Below, piece after piece: positions 51,474 to 63,599 of a DNA stretch of 64,000 nt (position 1 is the stretch's first letter; every line of letters starts with the position of its first letter). A model generated the notes under the pieces. The model had not been told where the DNA came from, did no database searches, and was given only the letters and a program-made list of their open reading frames with translations. Source of the stretch: Felis catus (Eukaryota). Both the position numbers and the translations under genes were made by a program. The DNA is taken from positions 41,728,001-41,792,000 of the forward strand of contig NC_058368.1 of assembly GCF_018350175.1 (NCBI RefSeq). Direction: 5' to 3'.

Positions 51474-52427
51474 ATTATAAGATGATTCTTGAAGTAATAT
51501 TATGAGTACAAAAATGTTACAAAGTTGATCAAATTGTTCTCTATATTTGCCAAGTCTTTCATGAATCATATTTTTCCAATTTTTTTTGGTCAGTTATTAA
51601 TTATAAAGAAGCGTATCCCAGAAATAATCAACCTGAAGAACATGAGGAAATTAGTTCAGTAACTTTTCAGTTAATTTGCCATTGACACGATATTGAGATT
51701 TTATTGGATACTTGGGGATCATACATTCTTATTATTCAAACACCTGTATGTACAATTTACCAGAGTAGCACTTGAATTTCTATGTATTCTGCCTGTGTGG
51801 AAGAGTTTGTCTATATTTCAAAAGAAATATTTTCATTTCTTACATACAGTGTTGCTCTTTATAGGAGGGATGAGTACCAACATGTATTTTGTAATGTTTC
51901 TAAGGCAAAATTTAAGTGTGTTCAAAATGATGTGTCCTTTTGTAGCTATTTGGCTACAATAAAACTCTTTAAAATATTTTTTCCTTCAGTGTTTTACTAT
52001 TCCTGAAATAAGATAGAGATAGAAGATGAAATACCTAACATATTAAAGTGACTCAAATTAATTTTAAATTGAGCTAGTTTTAGTGTTCAGGCGAATATAT
52101 TAAAAATAATAAAATAATTTATACAAAACAGGATTCTACCAAATAAAATACGACTACTTATTGATTAGCAAAATCCTACTGCCACTACTTACAATTTTTC
52201 CTGAAACACATATTTCAGAAGCTAAACTTTTTAGTTGGTTTCCTCAAATACCTCCCTAATACTCAGAAAAGACAGAAGTAGTTTACCTTAAAGGATCTGT
52301 GGTTATAGGCTCAAATGCCAGCCCTGTTTGAATATGTCTCTCCTTGCTTCCTTTCAGCAAATATAAAGTTTTCACCAATTTTAAGTATCTGAAGAAACTG
52401 TGTCTGTCCAGTCCATATACTTATTTT

Positions 52428-53300
52428 ACTTGTTGACTCATTCCCTCAAAACATACGTATTGATTGCTAATTGTGTGTGAAATACTTTATTATGTACTGA
52501 AGAAGATAAAAAGATGAAAACACAAACACACACACAGAGTATCTGCCCTCAAACTGCATGTTGGAAGCTAAATCTTGTAGGAAATTTAAGATACATAAAT
52601 AACTATTGTACAAGATAGGAAGTGATAAATGAGAACAGAATAACAATCAATAAAGTGTTATTAGGATCCTGGGTTTGGAGAGGTTATATAAAACCATGAA
52701 ATCTGGAATGGCTTCAGAATTTTAGCTGGGGCTTAAAAACATGAAGGATTTGGGTGAGAAGCAGAGTAAGTATGTCTAAAACATTCCAGATGGTGAACAG
52801 CATACAAACAGGCAAGAAGATCAGAAAGTAAAAAGTGTAGAAAATATGTCTGTAAGTAATTCAACCTGGCTAGAACCCAGGCTTGGTAAAGAGAAATAGT
52901 GAAACCTAGTTTGGAAAAGAGGTTGAAATTATAGCAAATCTTGATCACCAGACTAAGCGGTTTTGATTTTATATGGTAGCCAATGAATGTGGAGGCATTT
53001 AAATATCAAGCAAAGGAAGGACAATATTAGAGCAATAATGTAAAAAAAAAATATTTGGCAGGAGTTTAAAAACATGTTGGAGGGAGAAAATGACCATTGG
53101 CAAAACAAGTCCCTAAGCACCTAATTTTAATTATCTGGGTATGAGGTAATTTGGTATGTAAACATGGAAGCATCAGGATATGCTGAAGAAATAGAATCTG
53201 TAACACATGATCAGTGATTGGATGTGAAGAATAAGGCATAGAGTAGACAGAAAGTCTTAGATGATTCGAATTCAGCCTGGTTCCTAAGAGGTCTTGTACT
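52428..53300 (-). mobile_element. L2 fragment
   Basis: actcattccctcaaaacatacgtattgattgcta...tctgccctcaa...cattccagatggtgaacagcatacaaa are antisense L2 motifs. Confidence 0.7.
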
Positions 53301-53320
53301 ATTAATGCCCAGCACAATGG

Positions 53321-53861
53321 CTATGGAAAACAGTATGGTGGTTCTTAAAAAAAAATTACCATATAATCTAGCAACATTACTTCTAAGTATATACCCAAAC
53401 AAATTGAAAGTATGGTCCACAGATAGTTGTGCACTCACATTCATAGCAATATTATTTCAAAAGCCAAAAGGTAGATGTAACCCAAATACCCTTTGACAGA
53501 TGAATAGAAACAAAATGTGGCATATATGTACAATAGAAAATTATTCAGTCAAAAAAATGAAGGAAATTCTGACACATGGTACAATGTGGATAAACCTTAA
53601 GGGCAGTATATTAAGTGAAATAAGCCAGTTACAAAAAGACAAATACTATCTGATTTCACTTAGATGAAGTACTAAGAGTGGTCAAACAGAAAGGAGAATA
53701 GTAGTTTCCGCATTCTTGGGGGAAAGAGAGATGGGGAATTGTTTAATGGGTATCCAGTTTTAGTTTCACAGGATGAGAAAGTTCTGCAGATGGATTGTTC
53801 AACAATGTGAATATACTTAACATTACTGAATGGTACAAGTAAACTCTTTTTTCAATGTTTA

Positions 53862-53907
<46 letters not shown>

Positions 53908-54135
53908 GGAGGGACAGAGAGAGGGAGGAGAGAATCCCAAGCAGGCTATGCTGTGAGCTCAGAGCCTGATGAGGGGCTTGAACTCACAAACTGAGAGATT
54001 GTGACCTGAGCTGACATCAAGAGTCGGATGCTCAACTGACTGAGCCACCTAAGCACCCCTCAAATAAGAATCGTTATTATGATGGTAAATTTTATATCAT
54101 ATGCATTTTATCTTAAGCAAAAATTTAAAAAAAAA
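53321..54135 (+). mobile_element. L1MA/MB-like 3' end (ORF2 end + 3' UTR), interrupted by a SINE
   Basis: ctatggaaaacagtatggtggttctt...taagtgaaataagccagttacaaaaagacaaatact...gatggtaaattttat + A tail. Confidence 0.88.
53847..54059 (-). mobile_element. Can-SINE nested in L1
   Basis: Antisense copy with long (GA)n. Confidence 0.94.
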
Positions 54136-54368
54136 TATTAGAGAGAGAAAAAGAAGAAAAAAAAAGAGAGAAAAGGACCAAAAACAAAAAAACAAAGAAA
54201 CAAAAAAAAAAAAAAGGAAAAGAAACACATAGCCATATACACATAATATACACATATGTGTATACACATATACACATATACACATTCCTCCCCAAAATTA
54301 TTTCCTCAATACACTGCATAGTGAAGACAGAATGTAAACAGAAATGGCCTTGTAAATTTGCCAGTATC

Positions 54369-54585
54369 GTCGGTGCCTGGGTGGCTCATTTGGTTGGGCG
54401 TCCCGCTTCAGCTCAGGTCATGATCTTGCAGTCTGTGAGTTCAAGCCCCGTGTCAGGCTCTGTGCTGACAGCTCAGAGCCTGGAGCCTGCTTTGGGTTCT
54501 GTGTCTCCCTCTCTCTCTGCACCCCCCCCCACCCTGTTTGCACTCTCTGTCTCTCTCAAAAATAAGTAAACATTAAAAAAAATTA
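54369..54585 (+). mobile_element. Can-SINE
   Basis: TSD aattt(g/a)ccagtatc. Confidence 0.95.
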
Positions 54586-54754
54586 ATTTACCAGTATCCA
54601 TTTAAGAGCAACAGGAACAAGGCAGGTACAGCCGGTCTATTTAAGGGTAGGTGATACTATTTATTGCAACAGATGTATGAAATTAATTACTGGAACCTGT
54701 CAAAGAAAGATTTTCAAAGAGGCCCCGCTGTGTATGTATGAGGATAATATAACA

Positions 54755-54910
54755 GGAGGTCTAACTTCCAGTCCTGGCTTCTGACACTTTCTATTTATAA
54801 CACCTTGGAAAAGTTACTTAATGACTCAATTAAAACAAACAATTCATAAATAATAATACCTGCTTATTTCATGGGATAATTATGAGATTCAAATAATGCA
54901 TTTATTAGTG
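54755..54910 (+). mobile_element. MIR
   Basis: ccagtcctggcttctgacact...ccttggaaaagttacttaatgactc...ataataatacctgcttatttcatggg. Confidence 0.75.
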
Positions 54911-55108
54911 GTTGGTATAAAAGAAAGGCAAATATTATTATTATCTGCTGACCTCCTTCATGGGTTTTGTGTAAACAATGGTAGCAATTTCTAGGTTAAT
55001 TGCTGCAGAGAATATCATCAGGCTGTCAAGGGCAGGCCGAGACCATTACTAGCTATGAACGTCACACAGGGCATTCAGGTCAGTGCTGACAACAAACTAG
55101 ATCATTTA

Positions 55109-55324
55109 TTTTTTTTTTTTTAATGTTTACTTATTTTTGAGAAAGAGAGAGAGGGAGTGCGAACGGGGAAGGGGCAGAGAGAGAGGGAGACACAGAACCC
55201 AAAGCGGGCTCCAGGCTCTGAGCTGTCAGCACAGAGCCTGACATGGGGCTTGAACCCACACACTGCGAGATCATGACCTGAGCTGAAGTTGGACGTCTAA
55301 CTGACTGAGCCACCCAGCGCCCCC
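55109..55324 (-). mobile_element. Can-SINE (SINEC_Fc2-like)
   Basis: Perfect TSD aaactagatcattta 55094-55108 / 55325-55339. Confidence 0.96.
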
Positions 55325-55674
55325 AAACTAGATCATTTAGACTCAAAATGTTGGACTCATTTACCAGGTATTTATATTTGCATTAATATGATTTATGTAG
55401 ACAAATCCAGAACTTCTTTACTCCTTGCTATACTTTGCTAATAAGTGTAGATCTTTCAGGTAAATTCTCTTCATTGCAACAGAGAGGAAGGGATGGAAAG
55501 GGAATGGGGGACCTATGTGAATATGACAGAATATGAAAAGGCAAGAGAAAAATGAGCATTGAGGAGGAACTAAAAGTGATGGAATAATACTACTTTTAGA
55601 AATGTGATTAGGGAATTCTCATTCATTTAGATTGCAACAGACAGGAAGCTGGGGAGAGAAGGAGCAGTTTCCAC

Positions 55675-55860
55675 CACTGAGCTCAGCACTTTACACATTT
55701 TATTATATTCAATTTTCACAACAATTCTAGAAAATAGACTTTTATCCTCATTTTTCAGAGGGGGACACTGTAAATTCTTTGATGCAAAGCACACAAGTAG
55801 TAAATGGTGGGTGTGTTTCTAGACAATTCTCTTTAGCACCTGTGCCCAGGCATTTTCTAG
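55675..55860 (-). mobile_element. MIR
   Basis: gctcagcactttacacatt...ttcacaacaattct...atcctcatttttcagagggggacactg. Confidence 0.7.
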
Positions 55861-57017
55861 AATACCGTCTGACCAAACTTCAACTTCTCAAAATGCACTC
55901 AGGTGGTTTACCAGAAAGATCACAGCCTCCATGGCATTTTATGTTGTAAATATACGAACTGTCTCTAACTGGAGGGCATTTATCTATAAAACAGAATATA
56001 TTCCTTTGGCGAACAGCAAAATATACTTTTTCCATGAGGACAGACAGGTCAGAGTAGTTTGGAGCTGATAGGATGCCCAGAGATCACCACAGCTAATGTT
56101 CTCATTGAGGACAAGAGACCCAGAGAAAGGAAAGAATTTCTTCAAACAGGCTCAACCAGTTGATACCCTTCCAGTATATTATGCGGCCGCTTCATAAAAC
56201 ACTGCCAATTTCAGGTAAACAGATTTAAGTGGCTAAGTATTCCTTATCAATATTCTAAAGCCATTCAGGGATTAATAGAGTATTGTCTAATATGTGATTA
56301 ACTCCATTAAAAACACTGAACTTGTCACTAAAAGCAAAAAGAAATTTCATTGCCAATGGCATAGTTACTTTATCAAAAGCCGTCAGTATTTGCCAGATGG
56401 AGTTATGCTACTTCTTTTATAATTACATATTATGACCCAAGTGCCTACTACTAAGTGATGTTTTTTCTTAATGCTATCACCAAAATTCTTGGAAGTTACT
56501 CAGTAGTATTAGCCGTAATCAGTAAAATGTAGTAAAAAAGTGGCAGCAAAGCTGGCACTCTTTAGTTCCCATCCTTTCAGTGAATCATTTGTTTTCCTGA
56601 TACAATTCCTCCTTACTAATTTCATCCTTTGTATTAATCCCTAATACTATGCTGTTGCTTTATTTTGATCGACATGACAGGAAAAAAAAATTAGGCAGTA
56701 TGTTTCCCCTTTCATTCTCTTTCATTATAGTTAACACTTGTATATTTGAATAAGAAACATCAGGACAAGTAATAGAACTGTGCTTCCTCAATACTTGGTG
56801 TGACTTACAGGACTTGAAAATTCATCCTGTATTAATCCGTCGAGATTTGTAAAGGGAATGTAGCCATGCTGGAAAACACTCATCAAGCTGCAATGTAATA
56901 TTAAGAAAACGCAGGTAACAAATTGAGAACAGCTTATAATAATGGAGTTAATTACTATTTAAGATGAAATATGATTTGAATAAATGTAGTAATTCAGCCT
57001 TTAAAATCATTATATCA

Positions 57018-57304
57018 GGGGCACCTGGGTGGCTCAACTGGTCAGGCGTCTGACCCTTGATCTCAGCTCAAGTGATGATCTCACGGTTCATGGGTTCAAG
57101 CCCCACATCGGGCTCTGCGCTCATGGTGCAGAGCCTGTTTGGGATTCTGTCCCTCCCTCTCTCTTTGCCCTTCCCTGACTCGTTCTTTCTCTCTCTCTCT
57201 CCTTCCCCAAAAATAAATAAATAAACTTTGGAAAAAAAAAAAAAGAGAAGCTGTTCTTCTATAATAAGTAATTAAGTAAGTACGTAGTTAAGTAAGTAAG
57301 TAAG
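57018..57304 (+). mobile_element. Can-SINE with extra 3' segment before the TSD
   Basis: Body 57018-57244; then gagaagctgttcttctat + (TAAG)n; TSD taaaatcatt(ata/ctt)tcag 57002-57018 / 57305-57321. Confidence 0.88.
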
Positions 57305-57388
57305 TAAAATCATTCTTTCAGAGCCAAGAACACACCCCACGACCACTACCACTACCACGTCATCATCCCATAGAATAAATTGAGCCAT

Positions 57389-57606
57389 GGGGCGCCTGGG
57401 TGGCGCAGTAGGTTAAGCGTCCGACTTCAGCCAGGTCACGATCTCGTGGTCCGGGAGTTCGAGCCCCGCGTCAGGCTCTGGGCTGATGGCTCGGAGCCTG
57501 GAGCCTGTTTCCGATTCTGTGTCTCCCTCTCTCTGCCCCTCCCCCATTCATGCTCTGTCTCTCTCTGTCCCAAAAAATAAATAAATAAAAAACGTTGAAA
57601 AAAAAA
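57389..57606 (+). mobile_element. Young Can-SINE (SINEC_Fc-like)
   Basis: CpG-intact; perfect TSD agaataaattgagcc 57372-57386 / 57607-57621. Confidence 0.97.
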
Positions 57607-57652
57607 AGAATAAATTGAGCCTCGTTTAGGGTCAAAGTCATGCATGAGGCAC

Positions 57653-57700
57653 TGAAAGGAAAGGAAGGGAAAGGAAAGGAAAAAGAAAAGAAAAGAAAAA
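57653..57700. repeat. (GAAAG/GAAAA)n purine repeat
   Basis: Direct reading. Confidence 0.9.
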
Positions 57701-58442
57701 GCAATGATGCTTCAGTTCTCCTTTGTGAGTGCTGTGCATCTAATGAGAAACAGATGTTCAATTTATACACTACCAAAAAACAAAGTCAGAACATCTTCAT
57801 AACTGACTTCCTATAGAGTTAGACCACTCCAAATTTCCTAAAGTTTTGACTCACACATGCACAAATGCACAGAAAAAAAAGAAAGTCAATGCCCCTCAAT
57901 TTACCATCACTTAAAATAGAAAAAATAAAACAATGTTGAATCAGAGAACTTAGCACAATAACCCATATTCTAATATAGTAGAAGGTCACTTACCATCAGA
58001 CCTTAACCAACTTACCTGTTAAAAGGACCTCTGTTTTTAAAACCTAAAGATAGGAGCTCCCTCATCCACCCGATGCTGAACAGATTGCTCTAGTTCACTG
58101 GCCTGCTTTCCAAGAGTTGCTGTGGATTGTTCTCAAATTTTATCTTAATATTTTAATTGTTTTTAATAATCTAATTTAATTAACATGAGATATTTTCTAT
58201 AATCCTTCTTATAAATACATAGTTAAATACGATACATTCCATTAAAATTTAAGCATTAAATAGTACTTTTCATCATGAAAACTATGGTGATCTCTCTTGA
58301 AAGGCAAAATGAAAAAAATAAGTTATCTAGACAAAAACAAACCAAAAAAGCACTTCTGAATTATATGTGGGTAAAATGTGTGAAAGTTGGGAGAGAAATA
58401 TCATAAAAATGCAAAAATGTTCTGTATCAAAACGTCTTTCTT

Positions 58443-58666
58443 GGGGTGCCTGGGTGGCTCAGTCAGTTAAGCATCTGACTTCTCCTCAGGTCATTATCTC
58501 ATGGTTCATGGGTTCGAGCCCTGCGTCAGGCTCTGTGCTGACAGCTCAGAGCCTGGAGCCTGTTTGGAACCCTGTGTCTGCCTCTCTCCTATGTCTTCCT
58601 CCCCTGTACCTGCTCTGTCTCTCTCTATCTCAAAAATAAATAAAAGTTTTCAAAAGTTAAAAAAAA
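58443..58666 (+). mobile_element. Can-SINE
   Basis: ggggtgcctgggtggctcagtcagttaagc...caaaaataaataaaa; degenerate TSD aaaa(c/a)gtcttt. Confidence 0.95.
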
Positions 58667-58684
58667 GTCTTTACTTGTATTTTA

Positions 58685-58906
58685 TTATTTATTTATTTAT
58701 TTATTTAATATAATTTATTATCAAGTTAGCTAACATACAGTGTATACAGTGTGCCCTTGGCTCCAGAAGTAGATTCCCATGTTTCATTGCTTACATGCAA
58801 CACCCAGTGCCCATCCCAAGTGTCCTCCTCAATGCCCATTACCCATTTTTCTCTCTCCCCTGTCCCCCCTCCTGCCATCTGCGATCAACCCTCAATTTGT
58901 TCTCTA
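58685..58906 (-). mobile_element. 5'-truncated carnivore L1 (3' UTR only)
   Basis: Antisense tail, catacagtgtatacagtgtg...cttacatgcaacacccagtgcccatcccaag...atcaaccctcaatttgttctct; TSD tcttt(a/t)cttgtatttta. Confidence 0.85.
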
Positions 58907-59454
58907 TCTTTTCTTGTATTTTAAAAATTCTAGAGAATCTTTCACTTAAATATTACAAAAATGGATGAATTATAGTATGGATTAATCACAAAAAACATAC
59001 AAGTTCCTTAAGGAGACTAATGAAAAAATAGCCCTGGCATTACGTCAAAATAATTGGCAAATAGTTATACATTTATATGTTTTAACTAAGATGTTTTTGT
59101 TATTCCCACTTTCGTCAACTCATTTAAATAATCAACAACCTATCTAGGCAAATAGCATCAGTATCATATATATGTAATCACAATAGTAGAAAAATACAAA
59201 GAAAAACGGTGCTGAAACCAACACTAGCCACCAATTTAATTAAGGTTCCTTCCCAGAATGCAATATGTTTGAAGGATGTTGTGCTTTGCTATGGTTATCT
59301 TGTCATCTGCAAGCAATCATGGTGGCTATGAGCAAAATATAATTGAGCCTGAATCGTCAGTCTTCTACACACATGGACTGAAGTGAGACCGACAGTCATA
59401 TTATTTTTAGTGGACACTTGGTCTGCTCAGCTCACCGTGCAACGCATGCTCCAG

Positions 59455-59638
59455 GGCACCAGTTCTCAAGTTAGAAGGATCAAAATCACCTGCAGGGCTC
59501 CTTACACCCCAGGCTGCCAAGCCCCACCCCTGGAGTTTCTGATTCCAGAGGTCTGGGATGGAGCTCCAGGATTGCATTTCAAAGGAGTTCCCCTGTGACA
59601 CTCTTCCCACTGGTCCAGAGACCACATTTTAGGGACCA
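59455..59638. mobile_element. MER5A MITE
   Basis: gttctcaag...aatcacctgcagggct...ccccacccctggagtttctgattc...ggtccagagaccacatttt. Confidence 0.85.
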
Positions 59639-59739
59639 AAAAAAGGAACTATTTTAGAAACTATTTTAGATTGTTAAAAAACAAACAAAAACACTTTCGC
59701 TCTGGAAAACTTTGCAGCACTTGTCCTGATTCACACAGG

Positions 59740-59828
59740 ATGATGTATGGAAGGGTTGCGTCACTTATTGTACACCTGAAACTAATATAACTCTGTTAAC
59801 TAACGGGGATCACAATAAAAACTTAAAA
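59740..59828 (+). mobile_element. Carnivore L1 3' terminal fragment
   Basis: tgatgtatggaag...ttgtacacctgaaactaatataac...aataaaaacttaaaa. Confidence 0.8.
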
Positions 59829-60296
59829 GAACATTTTGCAATCTAAAAAAAAAAAAACTCACACAAGCTGAAATCACATGCAAAAAGCAAGCCATACACA
59901 TAATTTAACATATAAGTTAACCAATTGGTTGTTCACTGATGCATCCCAGAGTTGGCTAGAGTTCATGATACAAAGGATTTTAAAGGAAATAGCCAGAAAA
60001 TCTTCTTTCCCAAGAATAAAGCAAGGTAATTGAATAATTGTAGGAACAGACAAATGTGCCTCAGCATGTGCTAGGAAATATTTTGAAAGCAGGCTGATAA
60101 AAGTGTATGTCCCCTTTCTTAAAATTTGACTATGCAAATTAGAGAGAACTGAAAAGATTTTTACTATCTATCTTCTCATATCTGTATCCCTATCTTTCCT
60201 TCTCCTTACCTTTTCTGCCTGACATTCTTGTTTTCTCTTCCTTTCTTTCTTTCTGTCTGTAGTTTCAGATATAGTCACTACCATAAGTGAGGTGGG

Positions 60297-60504
60297 TTTT
60301 TAAAAATTTTTTAAATGTTTATTTATGAGAGACAGAGCATGAGGAGGGGAGAGGCAGAGAGAAAGGGAGACACAGAATCTGAAACAGTCTGCAGGCCCCG
60401 AGCTGTCAGCACAGAGCCCAACACGGGGCTCGAACCTACAAGCCGTGAGATCATGACCTGAACCGAAGTCAGATGCTCAACCAACTGAACCACCCAGGCG
60501 CCCC
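60297..60504 (-). mobile_element. Can-SINE (SINEC_Fc2-like)
   Basis: Antisense copy ending ccacccaggcgcccc. Confidence 0.95.
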
Positions 60505-60910
60505 AACAAATGAGGTTTTTAAAGTCTGTATTTCAGTAATAGCTCCAACTGGGTCACAAATTGATCCTAAAGGTACAATTCTGTTCATTAGTATAATAGA
60601 TTAAAATCTGTTTGGAAAACGTTTTTCGAAGAAATTTAAATTGTGGAGAGAAAGGAAAAATTTACTCTGAGACTCTAGGTTACGTTTTCTTCTCCTCTTT
60701 AGAGGATTGATTATACAAATAAGTCTGCTAAAAAGCCCTGAGGATGAAGAGCAGTGCAAACTGTGTGGTTAAATGAAAATAGATTTAATCACATGAACTG
60801 TGCTGGAATTATTTTCGTTCAACATTTCAAAGACGTAATAATTTTTTCACACCATCTTGCCTGAGCCCTGGTTTTTGTGAGAAGTAATCCATCCTGAGTT
60901 CATTTTACAG

Positions 60911-60934
60911 TTGTTAGCTCCTTAACTGTGGATG
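60911..60934 (+). other. Candidate 24-nt microexon
   Basis: ttcattttacag|TTGTTAGCTCCTTAACTGTGGATG|gtaagt; open only in phase 1 (xVSSLTVD). Confidence 0.25.
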
Positions 60935-61003
60935 GTAAGTGCTTGCCTTGTATCTGAAGTTATGCTCTCTGTAAAACAGTACTTTGAGATTGGGACAATA
61001 AGT

Positions 61004-61009
<6 letters not shown>

Positions 61010-61053
<44 letters not shown>
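61010..61053. repeat. (TG)n microsatellite
   Basis: Direct reading, about 22 units. Confidence 0.95.
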
Positions 61054-61054
<1 letters not shown>

Positions 61055-61215
61055 TTTAAAACGATACATTTTCACACTGACTCCAGAAGAAAGTGTCATT
61101 AAGTCATGGGATGTGGTGGGGGAGGAGGGAAGACATTTTTTCGAAGCTAAATGAGAAACCTGAAAACAATATGAGGCTCTGATTTTAGGTGCTGCGTTAA
61201 AGAACTCTGATTCTA

Positions 61216-61434
61216 GGGGTGCCTGGGTGGCGCAGTCGGTTAAGCGTCCGACTTCAGCCAGGTCACGATCTCGCGGTCCGTGAGTTCGAGCCCTGCGTCA
61301 GGCTCTGGGCTGATGGCTTGGAGCCTGTTTCCGATTCTGTGTCTCCCTCTCTCTCTGCCCCTCCCCTGTTCATGCTCTGTCTCTCTCTGTCCCAAAAATA
61401 AATTTAAAAAAGTTGAAAAAAAATAAAAAAAAAA
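61216..61434 (+). mobile_element. Young Can-SINE (SINEC_Fc-like)
   Basis: Perfect TSD aaagaactctgattctag 61199-61216 / 61435-61452; long A tail. Confidence 0.97.
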
Positions 61435-62765
61435 AAAGAACTCTGATTCTAGAATTTAACTTACCTTTTTCTATATAAGGGATGTGTGCTTTTTATTAAA
61501 AAAAACTGTTTTTATGTGCTCCAGGAACAAAATGGGCATATGAACATTACTTCTATGTACACACAGAAAGGAAATGAAAACGGTCACAGCTTTAGGCTTA
61601 TAAACTAGATACAGTAAAAAACTAAATTTTGATATTACTTTTATTAAGTAAAAAACAGCATAAACTAAAAATGAGTTTTCAGTAGAATATTAAGTAAATG
61701 CCATGTATTTCTAATGTGATCACTGAATGAAATTACAGGATGAAATTAAAACCTAATTCATTTTGAATGCCATGCTATCCAAAAGACAAAAATATCAAAA
61801 TACACAGAATTACCCTAAAGCACCATATTTTACAAGTGTAATATTATACTTCTGTATTTCACAGATAAGTCCAAACATATCTACTCCCACCCATCTCACC
61901 CCCAAGCATGGAATATACTTCAAGGAAGCTATGCGTTTTCATTTCTTCAGCTCGACTTGAGACCTCTTGAGGTTAGGAAATGTATTTTTATATATTTATT
62001 TTATTCATTGTTCCAAAATATGTATTTATCGACTATCAAAGGAGAAAAATCTAAGAATACTACAATTTTGGTAGCTCTTAGAACTTGCTATAACTTCCTG
62101 TTTATTAACCAGTTGAATATTTACACATAAGAGGACTAGTCTCAGGTTTTATGCTGTCATTCATAGTCAATACTAGTATGCAAGGTTAGGCATTTTAGAG
62201 GTCTGGAAATGGAGAAAAGATTTTTAGGTCATTCAGTTCTGTGAACCTGCAGTTTGCTGCTGAATTAGGAAGATGACAAAAGTTCACCAGGCACATCACC
62301 TTCAAGCCGTCAATATATGGCCTTTGCCTCTCCAGGGAAACCGTTCACAAAGAGACACTTAGAAGTTTTCCACTGTATAGGCAATCCCTACCTAATTGTT
62401 TCACAGCAAGAATCCCAACAATCTGTACAGCAGATGTGACTACCTCACTTAACACTATCATAGGAAGAAAATAAGGGCAGAAGAGTCATATGCTCATGGT
62501 AAAGACACAAAGAGAAACTGCTGCATGAGCACAGATAGCACACCTCTCTCTGGCCATCTGTTCCACCACGTGTGCCGCACATCACAAGAGGATGTGAAGA
62601 GAGTGGACAGCTGAGCCAAAGTCACAAATAAGTTTTCCAGAGTGGCAAATGATGGCTTTCAACAGCAGGATGACACCAGAATGACACCGGAGTAGAAGAG
62701 TTTTTATTGGTATTTCAAGGAATGTGCTGCCACTGTTGCTTAAAGGACCCCAAGGCTTTAAGTAT

Positions 62766-62807
<42 letters not shown>
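62766..62807. repeat. (GATA)n tetranucleotide microsatellite
   Basis: Direct reading, about 10 perfect units. Confidence 0.95.
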
Positions 62808-62808
<1 letters not shown>

Positions 62809-62818
62809 ATTTTTTTAA

Positions 62819-63020
62819 GGGGCACCTGGGTGGTTCAGTTGGTTGTTGAACATCTGACTCTTGGTTTGCGATCGAGCCATGATCTCATGTGGGATCTGCA
62901 CTGTCAGCCAGGATCCTGCTTGGACCTCTGTCTCTCTGTCTCTCTCTCTGCCTCTCCTTCTCTCTCTCTCTCTCTCAAAATAAATAAATAAACTCTAATA
63001 AAAATTAAAAAAAAATAAAT
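62819..63020 (+). mobile_element. Older Can-SINE
   Basis: ggggcacctgggtggttcagttgg...(CT)n caaaataaataaataaa. Confidence 0.92.
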
Positions 63021-63599
63021 TAGTGTCACGTTATCCTTTTCTGTCCACACCGCATTCTGCTGTCACTCTTGAGTGGCAGAGAGGGTGCAGAATTAATCTG
63101 TGACATAGGAATTCCACAGGGTGGCTTCTTGTCTAGGACACCCCTATGGGTGAAACGAAGGCTGGCGGGGGCTTGCTGTAGGGTGTCACGGGCCAATTTC
63201 ATGCTGACAAAGTTCTGAGACAAAGAAGTATGGTATCTATCCCGCAGGGTTACCCTGATTATTAGTGTTGACATCAGGCCAGAACTTGGCATAATATTTT
63301 AACACAGTTCAGGTGTTATATTAACTAATCTTTACTTCCAAAGCTCAAATGTAGGAAAAGAAAAATTCTTCTCCTGGCACACATAACTGGATGAATGAGT
63401 CTTTGGTGAATGATTACAAGGACAGAGTCATTTCGTTGATGTACAGGAGGTGGCCTTCAGAGGCAGGATTTGGGTGATAGGTTTGAGTAGGGGGGCTGCC
63501 ATAGGTCTTGGTGCAACTGGGATTCATCCCTGGGGATGAGAGGGCTGTGTGTAAGTGCAGAGCACAACCTAACCTTGCTGTGTTCCTTAGTAACCTCGC

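Noticed and set aside
59730..59870. Possible 3' transduction after the L1 tail fragment
   Set aside because: Putative TSD (tcacaca) is too short and degenerate to delimit the insertion
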